NCBI GenBank assembly: GCA_951406725.2
Contig: OX597814.1
Span: 116,684,001 to 116,748,000, forward strand
DNA length: 64,000 nt
Direction: 5' to 3'
Source: Octopus vulgaris
Taxonomy: Eukaryota
Part shown: one piece after another, positions 13,059 to 25,823 of the stretch
Position numbering within the stretch: the first letter of the stretch is position 1
How the letters are laid out: every line of letters begins with the position of its first letter
Made by a program: the position numbers and the translations under genes
The notes under the pieces: model-generated
The model's database searches: none
Seen by the model: only the letters and a program-made list of their open reading frames with translations
What the model was told of the DNA's origin: nothing

Positions 13059-14978
13059 TTCGAGTCCTAAATATTATTGCAACTTATTGTTTCGATATCA
13101 TACAAATAGCACAAATAACATGTAAGTTGGCTCCACCAGGATTTGAACTTAGATATCAAATGGGGGAGTTTAAAGAACAGGCAAAGTCTATAAAACGATA
13201 CTGCCGCAGTTTTCCCTCCATTGTGCACAAAATAACTATGTTGTTATGAATGACATCTGAAGCAGTCTCCGTTCTTTAAATTATAAACAGAAATGAAATA
13301 TAGTTTTATAACAATGCGTCAATATTTTATTACTTAGAAGAAGAAGAATAAAACATACATCTCTTTTAAAGAAATTCCATTCCCACTGTTTGCTCGAATA
13401 ACAAGAAAGAAAGACAATAAAACGTATGAAGATAAATCAATAAGAAAACACATTATTAAGTAAAGACAGAGTGATAATTCTTTACAAAGGAAATTTTCCT
13501 GTGTAATAAAATTTTTGAACGTAGATTATTTCTTTATAATTCTGATATTTTTTTGTTGTTGTTGCATACCCTACTTAAATTACCATTTTTATAACTAGAC
13601 GTTTTGACTAACGAAAAATTTTGGTATAAAACGAAAAACTGATATTTTTTAGGAATCTTTAAAATGTCAATAGATCATTAGTATTCTGTCTTCCTCACCG
13701 ATATGAATTTCTCGGACAATGTCTGGAACATATAGAACAGAATGCCGTTGCGTGACATACTTCCATTACTCGTGAATATTTCGCAGTGTACGGAAGGGAA
13801 TTATCTTCAGTCAAGCAAGGGTAACATTTCCTGTAACTCACACACAACACTTTGACAGCTAGCAGTAAGATATTTATTTTCAATTATCTCTTGAACAACA
13901 TATGTCAGTTTTTAATTTCGGTTATACTAATGTTAAATACATAAGGAAAATCCGCGATATCATGATATATGTCGAAGCCTATCGAAGACAGCATCTATGG
14001 AAAACCATTTTGACTCCTTTTGGGAAAAGTTTTATAACATTTAAGTCAGTTAAGTATACGGAATAAGTACCTTTGGGATTATAATTTCTAAAGGTTAGAC
14101 GGGAAGCATTTTGCATTAACGTAAAATTGATTATATGCTTTCAGGAGTTTAAAGTAGTTGGGGAATATCTGTTCTCCAAAGTTAATCTGTTTTAATCGCT
14201 ATAAGCACATTGGATACGTGGAGATATATTTCTCATTATGATAATGACAATGATTGTGTTGTAGGAAGATAAATATCAAATTGGTTATTGTTATAATTTT
14301 GAAGATGATGATACCACTGAGGACAATGACTTATCACTTCCTTTGCCGATTGATTTCTCCTCTTTAATGTAAACGACTCCATCATCAGCATCAGCATCAC
14401 ATTCTCCATCACTTCATAATCTTCACCATCACATTCCCCGTACTTATCTCAATTCTCTCTCTCTCTTTTTTATATAAATACACACACATACATACACATA
14501 TATCTTATCAGTTTTGTTTTGCAAATACCTGCATCCAGTTTGTGTAGGCCCCTCAGGCTCTTCGGAGGAATATTAAAAAGCTGTGGGCCCTTGAAACCAA
14601 GGGTGTTGCAGTAAATGATTCTGAAGCGCGACGACATTGCTGGAATCTTTGGCCCAGTTCAGTGGCGTGCGACCCAGCCTGGCATCTATGTGGGTTTCAT
14701 TGCCAAAATTTGGCGCAATCCCCTCCAGGGTCTTCGAGAGGCGTATTACTACATATCTCCTCCTCTGTCGCTCAGGAATATATATATATATATCGATTAG
14801 AGACATGTATACTCTGTATAGAATACACGTAGTGCTCAGGAGATTTTGACTTGAACAGGTTGAGGAGTATATGTAAGGACCAGCAAGTTAGGCAAGGCGA
14901 TATACAAAAAATAGTAAATACATTTAATACCAAAAATGTATATATGTATGCATATATATATATATATATACACTACAA

Positions 14979-15834
14979 TATTGGTTATTGTTATAATTTT
15001 GAAGATGATGATACTGATAGTACTGAGGACAAAGACTTATCACCTCCTTGTATATTTCCCTCCACTTTTAATTTTACTATCAAAACTACTACTCACTTCG
15101 GTATCACCCCGCCAATACCTTTTCTTTACCTTTTTTCTACCCATGCTTAATGCAGCACTGTCATATCACCCCTGTTCACATATATCATATTCTTTTACAC
15201 CTTACTTCTCATCTCTTCCTATCTCTCCCCCTCTCCTATCCTCCCATCACATTATCTTGACCACGAAATAACACTCCTTTTCGCACTTCTTTCACCTTTC
15301 CTTCACATTTTTCACTCTTCTCACCTTTTGTATTTTCTCTCTCCCCTTTTCTATTTTCTTTTTTCTCTCTTCCTTCCTCTCATTTCCGCTTCTTGTTTTA
15401 TGTTTGACCTATGTACTCCTTCTAATTATTCGCATCTTTCCTCCCCCACATCTATCCAGAAATACTACTAATACATTCTCAAACGTTCATTCAGACCACA
15501 AAACCTTCGATCGAGCAACACTGAACCCACAGGTCCATACTTTGAAATGACTAAACATGAACTGGTATTGGAACTTACATACCGTGTACAGGAAACCTTT
15601 TTACCACTTCTATACACCATTTTCCTCGAATAATGGAACTGCAACAACAATATCTTCATATATATATTGTTTCTACTTTCATTCTCTTATATCCCTCTAT
15701 ATCCTTTTTCCCTAATAATTTGAACTCAGATACTTCCTCTATTTAACCATCTCACACCGTCTCTGATGAAGGAATATCCATAATATCCCAGAAACAGCAG
15801 TAAGACTATTCCCTTATAAATGTCCTGAAAACTT
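14979..15834 (+). mobile_element. PLE pseudo-LTR-like non-coding element containing an HHR
   Basis: CT-rich body; HHR at 15759; homologous tail at 27280-27395, next to a GIY-YIG fragment; 5' part duplicated at 14279-14345. Confidence 0.55.
15759..15806 (+). ncRNA. Minimal type I hammerhead ribozyme
   Basis: gtct-CTGATGA-a-ggaatat/atatccc-a-GAAA-cagcag-TA-agac; stem I gtct/agac; GUA cleavage site; stem III is one mismatch from the ACAGCTGT palindrome. Confidence 0.8.
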
Positions 15835-17250
15835 CATCATCATCATTGTTCGACCGTGGTCGAGACAATGGAATTTACCATGCTACGCCAGACTTCACGG
15901 TCCATCATGGCATTACAGAGGTCCTGTTGCTGGATGCCTGTATCCCTGGAGATTACATCAGGGTAGGAGAGTGTGCGCCCTCTGGTATTGCGAGTAGATG
16001 GCCTCCAGAGGAGAAGAGTAGAAATTACTTCTTTTTCAGCTCTACAACAATGTCCAGCAAACTGGACTCTCCTACCTTTCACAAGAGATGACACAGGTGG
16101 TAGTTTCCCATATATTTGCATTTTGGTTGGATGGCGCTTCCACGAGAGGTTTTGAGCTCTCATAAGGAGGCGAGTGTAGGTTCCATCCAACCGCCTCTCA
16201 AGCTTCTTTGATAACGTCCAGGTTTCTGAGCCATATAGTAGAATTGGTTCGACTGTGGCTTTGAAGATTTCAAGTTTGAAGTCTCTACTTAGATTTGATG
16301 ACCAGATCTTATGCATGTAATTACAGGCTGACCAGGCCACACCCTTTCTTGTTAGAAAGTCTTTTCCAGATGATGATATGTATGACCCAATATATTTATA
16401 ATCAGAAACCATATTTAAGAGCGCATTGTTGAGAGTATGGATGATGCAATCACTTTTGGACAGGCACTTGTTTATGTATTCAGTTTTGGCCTCATTGAGG
16501 TAAAGACCTATACAATTTGAGGCTTGTTCAAAAGATTGTAAAAGAGACTGGGCATTGGAGAGAGAATCAATGATAAGTGCGATGTCGTCAGCAAAGTCAG
16601 TGTCTGTCAAGTACTCAGCTGGGTGTCTGGAACTTCTTCTTGGTTTTATTTTAAAGCCCTTGCCAGAAATGGTATCAACTGACATACGTAGCACATAATC
16701 AACAACAATGATGAAAACAAATGGGGCGAGCGTGTCTCCCTGCAGTATTCCGGTTTTGATTGAGAAAGATGATGTTTCTCCGTCAGGGGTTAAGATGGTT
16801 GAAGACGTATCTGTGTAGAAGACCTTGATGGCAGAAATGATTTTGTCTGGTATCCCATAGAGCTTAAGGATTTCAAACATCTTGTACCTATCTACAGAAT
16901 CGAACGCTTTAGAAAAGTCTACAAATACCATTGCAAGATCGCAATTAAATGCTTTTGATTCTTCAATAAGTCTGCGTAGGCATAGTATCTGGCTCAGCGT
17001 TGAACGCCCATGTCTGAATCCATTTTGGTTCTTTCGGAGCAAAGGTTCAACAAAAAGGACAAGACGATTTAGGATCAGTTTGTTGTACAGTTTTGCAGCA
17101 ATTGACATTAGAGATATACCCCTGTAGTTAGTGACGAGGGATAAATCGCCTTTTTGGGGTATTGGAATGATTTGAGATTGGTGCCAAATCTTTGGAGCAA
17201 CAAAGGTGGAAAGTGTGTGGTTGCAGAGGTTGAGCAAAAGTGCGTGAAAT
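15835..17250 (-). mobile_element. 5'-truncated RTE-clade non-LTR retrotransposon with (GAT)n tail
   Basis: Open 464-aa RT ORF; tail at 15835-15845; possible imperfect TSD tgaaaactt (15826) / tgaaatctt (17245). Confidence 0.92.
15843..17237 (-). CDS. RTE LINE reverse transcriptase (ORF2 C-terminal part, uninterrupted)
   Basis: NYRGISLMS, QNGFRHGRST, FVDFSKAFDSV, GILQGDTLAP, DFADDIAL, YKYIGS, LLYGSETW. Confidence 0.92.
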   Translation of the reverse strand: MLNLCNHTLSTFVAPKIWHQSQIIPIPQKGDLSLVTNYRGISLMSIAAKLYNKLILNRLVLFVEPLLRKNQNGFRHGRSTLSQILCLRRLIEESKAFNCDLAMVFVDFSKAFDSVDRYKMFEILKLYGIPDKIISAIKVFYTDTSSTILTPDGETSSFSIKTGILQGDTLAPFVFIIVVDYVLRMSVDTISGKGFKIKPRRSSRHPAEYLTDTDFADDIALIIDSLSNAQSLLQSFEQASNCIGLYLNEAKTEYINKCLSKSDCIIHTLNNALLNMVSDYKYIGSYISSSGKDFLTRKGVAWSACNYMHKIWSSNLSRDFKLEIFKATVEPILLYGSETWTLSKKLERRLDGTYTRLLMRAQNLSWKRHPTKMQIYGKLPPVSSLVKGRRVQFAGHCCRAEKEVISTLLLWRPSTRNTRGRTLSYPDVISRDTGIQQQDLCNAMMDREVWRSMVNSIVSTTVEQ

Positions 17251-17464
17251 CTTACAGCTTTGGATTTGTTATCTCATTCTAATATATATAAATTCTCTAA
17301 GGGAATGAAAAATAAAAATAAGAATATAATAAAAATAAAAAAAAATATTGTTCATTCACTTCGAGAATTTATCCCTAATTAGGGATTTGGACTTTAGCTG
17401 TTTCTTCTAGCGTAAGGGAGTCCTATGATGGATACCTCTTAATGTGTTTAAATGTACACTGTAT

Positions 17465-17535
<71 letters not shown>

Positions 17536-18167
17536 ATCTATATATGTATGCATGTATAAGTATAAAGTAAAAAAAGTAAAACGAAAACTCACGGAAGTTT
17601 GTTTAAAGATATTTTTACTTTTTTTCTTTAATCGTCACAGGATAAGTGTTTATATATTTGTTATATTAAGTGATTTTTTAAAATAAAATATTACCGGTTT
17701 CGATGTGTATATCAATCTTATGAAATATTATAAATTAAAAGCGAACAATTAGGAAATAAGAAAAAACTGGAAATTTAAACAGTTTTCTTCTTAAATTTTC
17801 TGTGTAGTTAAGAACATGTTTGATAATTTCTCTTAAGATTTCTCGCTATGTATTTTGTCATGGAGGTCAAGTGTTCAAGTAGCAAATATTCTATAGAAAT
17901 GCAAATCAGACTTCTCTTATCAAAAATTCTATAATATTCAAAATATGGACAACTGTGTGTGCGCATTGTGGTAAATGTATTAAAGATGATCTGCGAGGGT
18001 TTGGAGGAAATATCTTTTTTTTAAACTTTGTGGTGCGTGTGTGTGTATGTGTGTTTTGACTTTTTATGATCTACTGTTTTGGAGAAGGTATTTCAGTGTA
18101 AAAAATTCGACTGAATAGAATAGTTTTTTCTTTTTATTCAATTCAGAATATGTACAGCTGAGTACAT

Positions 18168-18201
<34 letters not shown>

Positions 18202-18398
18202 GCGTGCGTATGTGTGCGCACGTACGTATTGTGATAAATGTTTAAATAAGGAAAATGGAGTTAGGGATGGTCTTTTCTGTTTTACTTTGTGGTATTTGTG
18301 GCTGAAACTCTAAAAGCGAATAGAGTGAATCACTGGAACAAGTGCGCGCGCGGAGGCGCGCACACACACACACACACACATATGCACGTATATATATA

Positions 18399-18964
18399 TT
18401 GGGTTGTCCGGAAAGTTCGTGCCGAATTTTAAAGAAAGAAAAAGGTCAATAAATACTTGACATTACATTTTTAAATCAACCAAATATGAACCATTTTGTT
18501 GCACAATGCGTCTCCATCTTTCTTTTAACTTGAAAATACCCTCTTCCCAGAATTGAGCTGGTTTCATGGCAAAGAATTCATCAAGGTATCTTTTTACGTC
18601 ATCCAAGGAATTGAAATTTTTACCATTAAGACTATTCTGCAGAGACCTGTATAAGTGGAAATCCACAGGAGCAATATCTGGCGAATATGGAGGGTGGGGT
18701 AACACATCCCAGCCAAGCTGCAGCAATTTTCGTCTGGTTCCCAAAGCATAAAGTGCCGCAAATGAGCTTTCTTATCTCCCATTTTAAACGGTTACTCAAT
18801 TAACACAAATTATAGAAACATAAACCTCCTTCCACGAAAAGATAGCTTCAACTGTGCTCTAAATGGAGGTGTAGTCAAATCATATTTTATGGACTCAACC
18901 ATGTTCTAAAATAAGTCGAAATGTAAGCTACTATAAATTGGCACAAACTTTCCGGATAACCCAA
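18399..18964 (-). mobile_element. Internally deleted mariner element; partial second copy of its 5' end at 19222-19404
   Basis: TIRs ttgggttgtccggaaagttcgtgcc / ggcacaaactttccggataacccaa with TA TSD; residual transposase HPPYSPDIAPVDFHLYRSL...GIFKLKERW. Confidence 0.92.
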
Positions 18965-20305
18965 TAGTATCGATGTAACTGTAAGCTCCCGAGACGTTCG
19001 CTTTTTATGCAATTCAGTTCGCTTACACCACTAACTGTATTCAAAGCAGTATAATAGTAGCATAGACAAATAATATTACTCTTCAGTTAAGATGTACTTC
19101 AGACGTAGTAATGAAAGCAAGGAGCAAAATGGGATCCTACCTCAATACAAATGACAATACTATTAAAATACATTGTTACAGAGCCAGTATGAGGTCTTAA
19201 ATATAAGGGAGGAATTTCGGCCTTTTAAAGGGTTACACAATTAACATAGGTTATAGGAACATAAACCTTCCTCCGGGAAAAGATGGCTTAAACTGTGCTG
19301 TAAATGGAGGTGTATTCAAATCCTATTTTATGGACTCAACCGTGTTCTCAAATACATCGAAAGGTAACTACTATAAATCGGCACGAACTTTCCGGACAAT
19401 CCAATATATTTTGTTTCGCTAACAGAAACAGTCAGTACTCGATCCAGTGAGAGATAAATATCATTTAATTTACTCTGTATTAATTTTTAGGCTGCTAATA
19501 CTTTCTTTCCATTGAGATACGCTTTTAGGCGGATTTCTATAACGTGCCTAACCACGTGCCTCAATGGTAAGAAACTTTAATTCACTCTTATTTTAATATA
19601 GCGTGTGCTTCTGTGTGTATGTGTGTGTGAGTGCGTGCGCGTCTGTATGTTCGTGTGTTCCGCACAACGCTTGACAACCAATTTTGTTTTTGTATGTCAC
19701 CTTAACCTATCGGTTTGTGAAAAGAGACCGATAGAATTAATACCATACTTAACAGAATGTACTTATGTACACATGGTCGACGACATCCAATGACTGAAAC
19801 AAGTCATGATAAACAGATCGTAATGGAATAATATTTCGAATTAGAGAAAGTAACTACCATACTAATTGTAATAGAAGATATAATAATGGCCAGAAAGGAA
19901 ACAAAAATCAGGACTAATGAAACCGTGGAAAGCAAATATAAGAAAAAAGAAAGAGAAGAGATTAAACCACTACAACAGAAGTGTTCACACTGAAGAGACA
20001 ATCAAATATGTCGTTGTCGATGACAAATTGAAAATAGTAGCGTTTAAGTTGTTTCTAATTAATATTTATGATATAAATGGTCATTATTTTTCAGACGATT
20101 TCCAGAATAGACACAATTTTTTTTCACCGTGAAATTTTGAATAATGTGAGACAAGATAGAGTTTTCGAGTGATAATAATGTAATCAAATATTTAATACCG
20201 CTTAAATGAAAAATTATTAAACTAATTCATTGAAAGGAAGATAAAGAAATTATTAAACAAATTTACCAAGCAAACGATTTCTGTTAAAATGTATCATGTA
20301 GTTAA

Positions 20306-20342
<37 letters not shown>

Positions 20343-20345
<3 letters not shown>

Positions 20346-20741
20346 TCTTTTACTTGTTTCATTCATTTGACTGCGTCCATACTGGTGCACCGCCTTTTAG
20401 TCGAGCAAATCGACGCCAGGACTTATCTTTGTAAGCCTTGTACTTATTCTATCGGTCTATTTTTCCGAACCGCTAAGTTACTGGGACATAAGCACACCAC
20501 CAAGCGACGTTGGTGTGTGTGGGGGGGACAAACACAGACACGCAAACACACACACACTTACATACATATATGCACACATACGACAGGCTTCTTTCGGTTT
20601 CCATCTACCAAATCCACTCGCAAGGCTTTGGGCGGCCCGAAGTTATAGTAGAAGACACCTGCCCAAGGTTCCACGCAGTGAGAATGAACCCGGAACCATG
20701 TGGTTGGTAAACAAGCTTCTTACCACATAAACACTCCTGCG
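20343..20741 (-). mobile_element. Near full-length tRNA-derived SINE family A
   Basis: Reverse complement begins gcaggagtg...tggtaagaagcttg...ccgggttc (A/B-box-like); internal (GT)n; 3' end as at 3604. Confidence 0.85.
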
Positions 20742-22760
20742 TTTATCTTTTATAAAGGATAAATTACCAATTTATAATTCGAATCCCTGAATTGAGTTGC
20801 AGATTGTAATAAAGGATTGTAGAGAATCGAAGTAGTCTAGTTGATATTTGGTTCTATTTTTCCTGTTTATGACACCGTGAACTGATTTAATCAATCTTCC
20901 CAGACTTATCTGGTACACATTGAATAATGATGACATTGCTAGCTTGTCTCGTATCATTTTTAGGGAAATGGATCGCCAGTACCAAAATCAATTCATTGTT
21001 TCAACGAATAGTTAGGCTAGAATTTAAATGAACATTTCTTTGGATGTATTGTGAATTGTTTGACATTTACATTTTTTATTTCCTCCTCTCTACTTCGGTG
21101 ATAAATGTTATCGAACCTTTGACATCAGTTCAATTAAAGCATTTGCACAACAACACTGTCAAGTTATTTATTGTAGGTGCGATTCTCATAGTGAAATAAT
21201 AATCAAACTTTTGTGTTCGTTTCTAAGTATAGTTCGCATTGACGTATGCTCTCATCTCAACTACAGGTGTACTTTTGGAAAAGATTGGAAACATTTGTCA
21301 GACGTCAACAATAAGTATGACTGATGACTTCTACCATGGCGTTAGCGTTGTTCTAGAGTTCTTTTACATATTGTGAACGATAAGTTCGAAAGTAAGTTTG
21401 TGTCATACCATTCTTCAACGTTGTCTTCTGTAGATCCTCCGTCTATCCAAAATCATTTGCGGATATTACACATTAGATTGCCGTTCTGTGAAAGTTTGAC
21501 AGACATCAAGGAAATCTATTTCTTCCGAATGAGAACCCGGCAATTGTTTCATATTTATATACACTTTTATCTGTGTTGTGTCGACTCCCCCAGACGATGA
21601 AGTAGCCTAGCCCAATACATAGATATAGAGGGAGAAGTCTAGACGTCAGATAGTAGCAGTCAGACTAGAACAGAGTAGAGTGTACTAGAGTTGAGTAGTA
21701 AAGGCATCCGAACGTGCGACATAACAATCTGGAAACAAGGGTAATTTCCTTTTGGTTGCGGGACTAATCTCTCCAAGAGTAGTTGCAACAGCCATGATGT
21801 ATTTCAAATGGAAGTCGCCGACTGGCTGAACATGGAAGAGTTAAAAAACACTACGTATGTTTTCGTGAATATGTTGCCTTCAATGTAGTTTATCTCTTAT
21901 CATTCTCTCCAGGTGATTATGAAAAGCGTTGATGAGAATTAGATGGTGAAGAGAAGCAGACGATGGCAAGAACGGGGCTAATCACCTTGCTTAGGGATGC
22001 GAAGCTGCACTAATTTTTATGGTAACGATCACGCCTGCATCGTCTTCCAAAAGACATTTTCTCTGACAAGTTTCGTGTTATGTTGCACATACATATAAAT
22101 CGACATTTTTAAAGTCCTGCATTGAGCTTGTCTATTCGTGATCTACATTGACTGAAAAATAAATTGGTTTTTTAATAGTTCCCCATTTAACAATCATATC
22201 ACGAAAAATAAAAAATAAAAACTGTAGTCCTCAGTTTCAGATACCTTAGAGGATAAAAAACGATATATTTTCTCGCTGTTCCAATTTAAATTTCCATATA
22301 TTGATATTAAATCATATAGCTTTAAGTTGACCTAAAAGTTTATCTGTAGCAATACTGAGTAAAATCTGTGCTAAACGTATTATGGACAGCGTACTTTAGA
22401 ACGTTGGTCTCATAAAAAAAAAGACTTCATTAAAAAATTATATATTCGGACGCTGTATATGATTACAAATTATTCTAGAAGTTAGAGAATAATATATTCT
22501 TTTATTGTTTCTGGTTTAAATTTCTTCATAATTCTGAAATATTCGAGTATTATATTCCACGAACACAACCTATAAATTTTCATACATACGCTCAAGTAGT
22601 AAAAGTTATACAGAACAAAATTGAATATTTTATAAATATAGACAAATATAGATAAGTGAATCAATGATGGAGCAACGTAATTTCTATCATCCATATTAGT
22701 TGAAATCAGATACTAACATTTTGCAGATATGACTTTTAAATGTGATATTTTATGACACAC

Positions 22761-22882
<122 letters not shown>

Positions 22883-22905
22883 ATACATACATACAAACAT
22901 ACACG

Positions 22906-24105
22906 CACGAAGGTGGGCTGAAACTATCATCGGCTGACAACGAAGGACCGATGCTAGAGTTATAGAATCGAACATTATTTCCAGTACTTCTTATTAACAA
23001 CGGCAGTGATTATGTCGAGGTAAACGGACATCTGACTATTCAAAGAAGACTTCAAATGTAACTAGTACCGACGTCTTTTGAAAATTGACAAAATGTGGGA
23101 TTGTAGTGTTTGTTAGGTATCTGCTGACAAATGGCTTAGCTTCCCCATGACACTTATACTGACATGTTTACTACGTTAGGGGACGGCCCCCTAGCTAAAG
23201 CAATGCAAAACTGGGCAACTTGATTTATGAGGGGAATGGAGAGTATTGAAGATGATCCAAAATCGGGATGTTCTTTATCTGACTGCCACTACCGAAAAAA
23301 ACATTGATCCTATTCCCGCATGGTGATGAATAGTTGGCGATCACGTGAAAGGTTTGAGAATATTCTGCACAATGAACTTCACATGACAACGGTTCCTGCT
23401 CGGTTGGTGCCACGTCTTCCGACACTTAATTGACAGTGCACCAGGATGAAAACAAATCACAAGAAAATCTGACATTGTTTGAGGCAGATCCAACTGGTTT
23501 CCTTCACTGTTTCGAACCCAGGATGAGTGTTGTGTTTCTCACTTTGAGGAAGAGAAAGGGATCAATTCATGCAGTGAAAACAAACCATCTCACCTGCTCC
23601 AAAGAAGGCCAAGGGAATGTGGTGGCCTCAGTTACGGGGAAGCAAAATGCATTGTGTTTACTGAATATCATCAAAAATTCCACATCATCAATAGAAAGTA
23701 CTATACCTACATACTGAAGAAACACTCAGCAAAACCGACAAAGGGCTGTTGTTTAATCTAATCTATGGTCCAGCGCGCAAATCCTTGGTTGCAATGGCTA
23801 GAATGCAGGACTGTCGCTTTTGAATCGGGTGATGATATTGCCAGTTCTGATTTGGCCTCATCTGTTCCCCAACACAAAAAAAATGACAGTGAACCAGTAT
23901 CTCAGTCATGATGACGTCATATCTGCTGATGATAATGTTCACCAACAAGATGGGATCCAAGCACTTTCGAAATGGGATCCAAGCACTGAAAAATAAATGG
24001 AAATGGGTTTTGGACGGCAATGGAGAGTATGTTGAAATACAAACCTCATTTGGTCACATTTCAAGGCCGTGGCTTGGTCAGCTTATGAACTTTTCAACAT
24101 ACTCT
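22906..24105 (+). mobile_element. Degenerate full-length mariner transposon
   Basis: Remnants ARLVPRL, ..SDLASS, FRNGIQALKNKWKWVLDGNGEYVE; degenerate TIRs ctgaaactatcatcggctgac / gtcagcttatgaacttttca; ~1.2 kb. Confidence 0.75.
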
Positions 24106-24254
24106 TTTGTATGTATGTATGCATGTATGTATGTATGTATGTATGTATGTATGTATGTATGTATGTATGTATGTATGTATGTATGTATGTATGTATGTAT
24201 GTATGTATTGTAACTTATGAAGCTCTCATAAGTGCTACTGGTAACATGGAATCC

Positions 24255-25075
24255 AGAACAAGCTGTTCATGGCCAATATGAGGCCAATTTTTATCCCAAC
24301 AGCCATCAAGAACAAGAGGAAAAACCGTGCTACGAAGCTTTTGAACAAACTCAAGCACCCCCTCCAACTGAGCATGCTTTGGTTTTTCTCAGACGAGAAA
24401 AAATTCTGCCAGTATCAAATGGTGAATACACAGAAAAACCGTTGGCTTGCCGCTTCCCTAAAACATGTTCAGAGAGTGACAAAACTCAAATATCCAGTCA
24501 ATACCATAGTGTTTGGAGTGATCACTAATGCAGGTGGCGTTTTGCCTTCATTCATCTTTCCACCAAGGCCTCAGATTCAACACGTAGGTCTACATCAAGT
24601 GCCTGGAGATGGTAGGGCGGTTGCTGCAAAATCCTATATCTGGCAACGGGACTCTGCGCCATGCTACACAAGTAGGAGAACCCAGTCATAGTGGTCAGCC
24701 AAATTCTGCTACCACGTCACCCCTAACATCTGGCCATCTAACTCTCAAGACTGCAAACTCACTGATTATCATATGTGGGGCGCAGTTGAGTGAGAGACCA
24801 ACTATACTCCTTGTTGCACCAAAGATATACCGAAGGCAAGGATTATGGCAACATTCATCTGCTTAAACAAACATATCGTCCAGAAGAGTTGCAGGAAATT
24901 CCGAAGTCGTCTGGAGGCTGTGTTTGAAGCCAATGGCAATTTTATTGAATAAATTTACGCTTTCGTATTTAAAGATAGTTTTATGTAATTTTGGTAAATA
25001 TATCTGTTAAAATGTGATGTCAGTGTTATTTTCATTTTTGCGTAATTTTGACAACAATTTATTCACCACAACCTA
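24255..25075 (+). mobile_element. Tc1/mariner DD37D (maT-like) transposon fragment
   Basis: WFFSDEKKF, VFGVIT, WQRDSAPCYTSRRTQS, WPSNSQDC..DY; homologous to 27465-28340. Confidence 0.85.
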
Positions 25076-25823
25076 TATATATATATATATATATGTATAT
25101 ATTTGCTCATCATCTACATTACAATATTTTAATTAAGAAACATCCACAGGCTTAAATATTTATATCAGAGTGATTTTCATTTAAATTGCAATCATCTTAT
25201 TTCTAAACGCTTATGCACTTAAATACATGTTTGAATTTTCTTAACCACAGGGAATGCATTGTATAACAAGAATATACGGATAGAGATATACAAACTGATG
25301 TGAAGAGAACACAAAATTATCTTTATTGTAATACTACGTCCAATTTAATTTTGTTGCTAGGCAAAATAAGACTTTAATTATTGCACGAGATCTTCGCGGT
25401 CGCAACAATTCGTTCGACCAGCTAAATGCATAATTTTTGTACACTGAATCTGAACTGACTCGGGGTTAAACAAGAACATGAAGAACATAACAAAAACCAT
25501 TTATAAATCATCTCATCTAAAATTATCAATATTAAACGTGAAGCTGCATTTTAAGGGATCATTTAAAGTTCAAGCGTTATATCGACGCCAATTTAGTAGA
25601 GGTAATTGGTGGTGAGATGGTGTAACGGTTAATATCCTGCAAAATATAATCATTGGTATTTTACATACACGTGCGCGCGCGCGATCATACACACGCACCC
25701 ACGCACACACACACAAACACATATATTCACACGCGCATACAGGTGTGAGTGTACGCGTGTGCATGTATGTGTGTCTATTAACTAAAGAAGTTGTATGCAT
25801 ACATATATATATATATATATATG

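Noticed and set aside
17688-17730. Minus-strand GAAACCGGTA with a short stem II
   Set aside because: No recognisable CUGANGA box; at best a heavily decayed HHR
21321-21360. CTGATGA occurrences here and at ~23927, ~43399 (-) and CTGAAGA at ~13803 (-)
   Set aside because: No stem II/GAAA geometry
20800-21730. Possible LTR retrotransposon remnants
   Set aside because: Only weak motif resemblance and no paired LTRs
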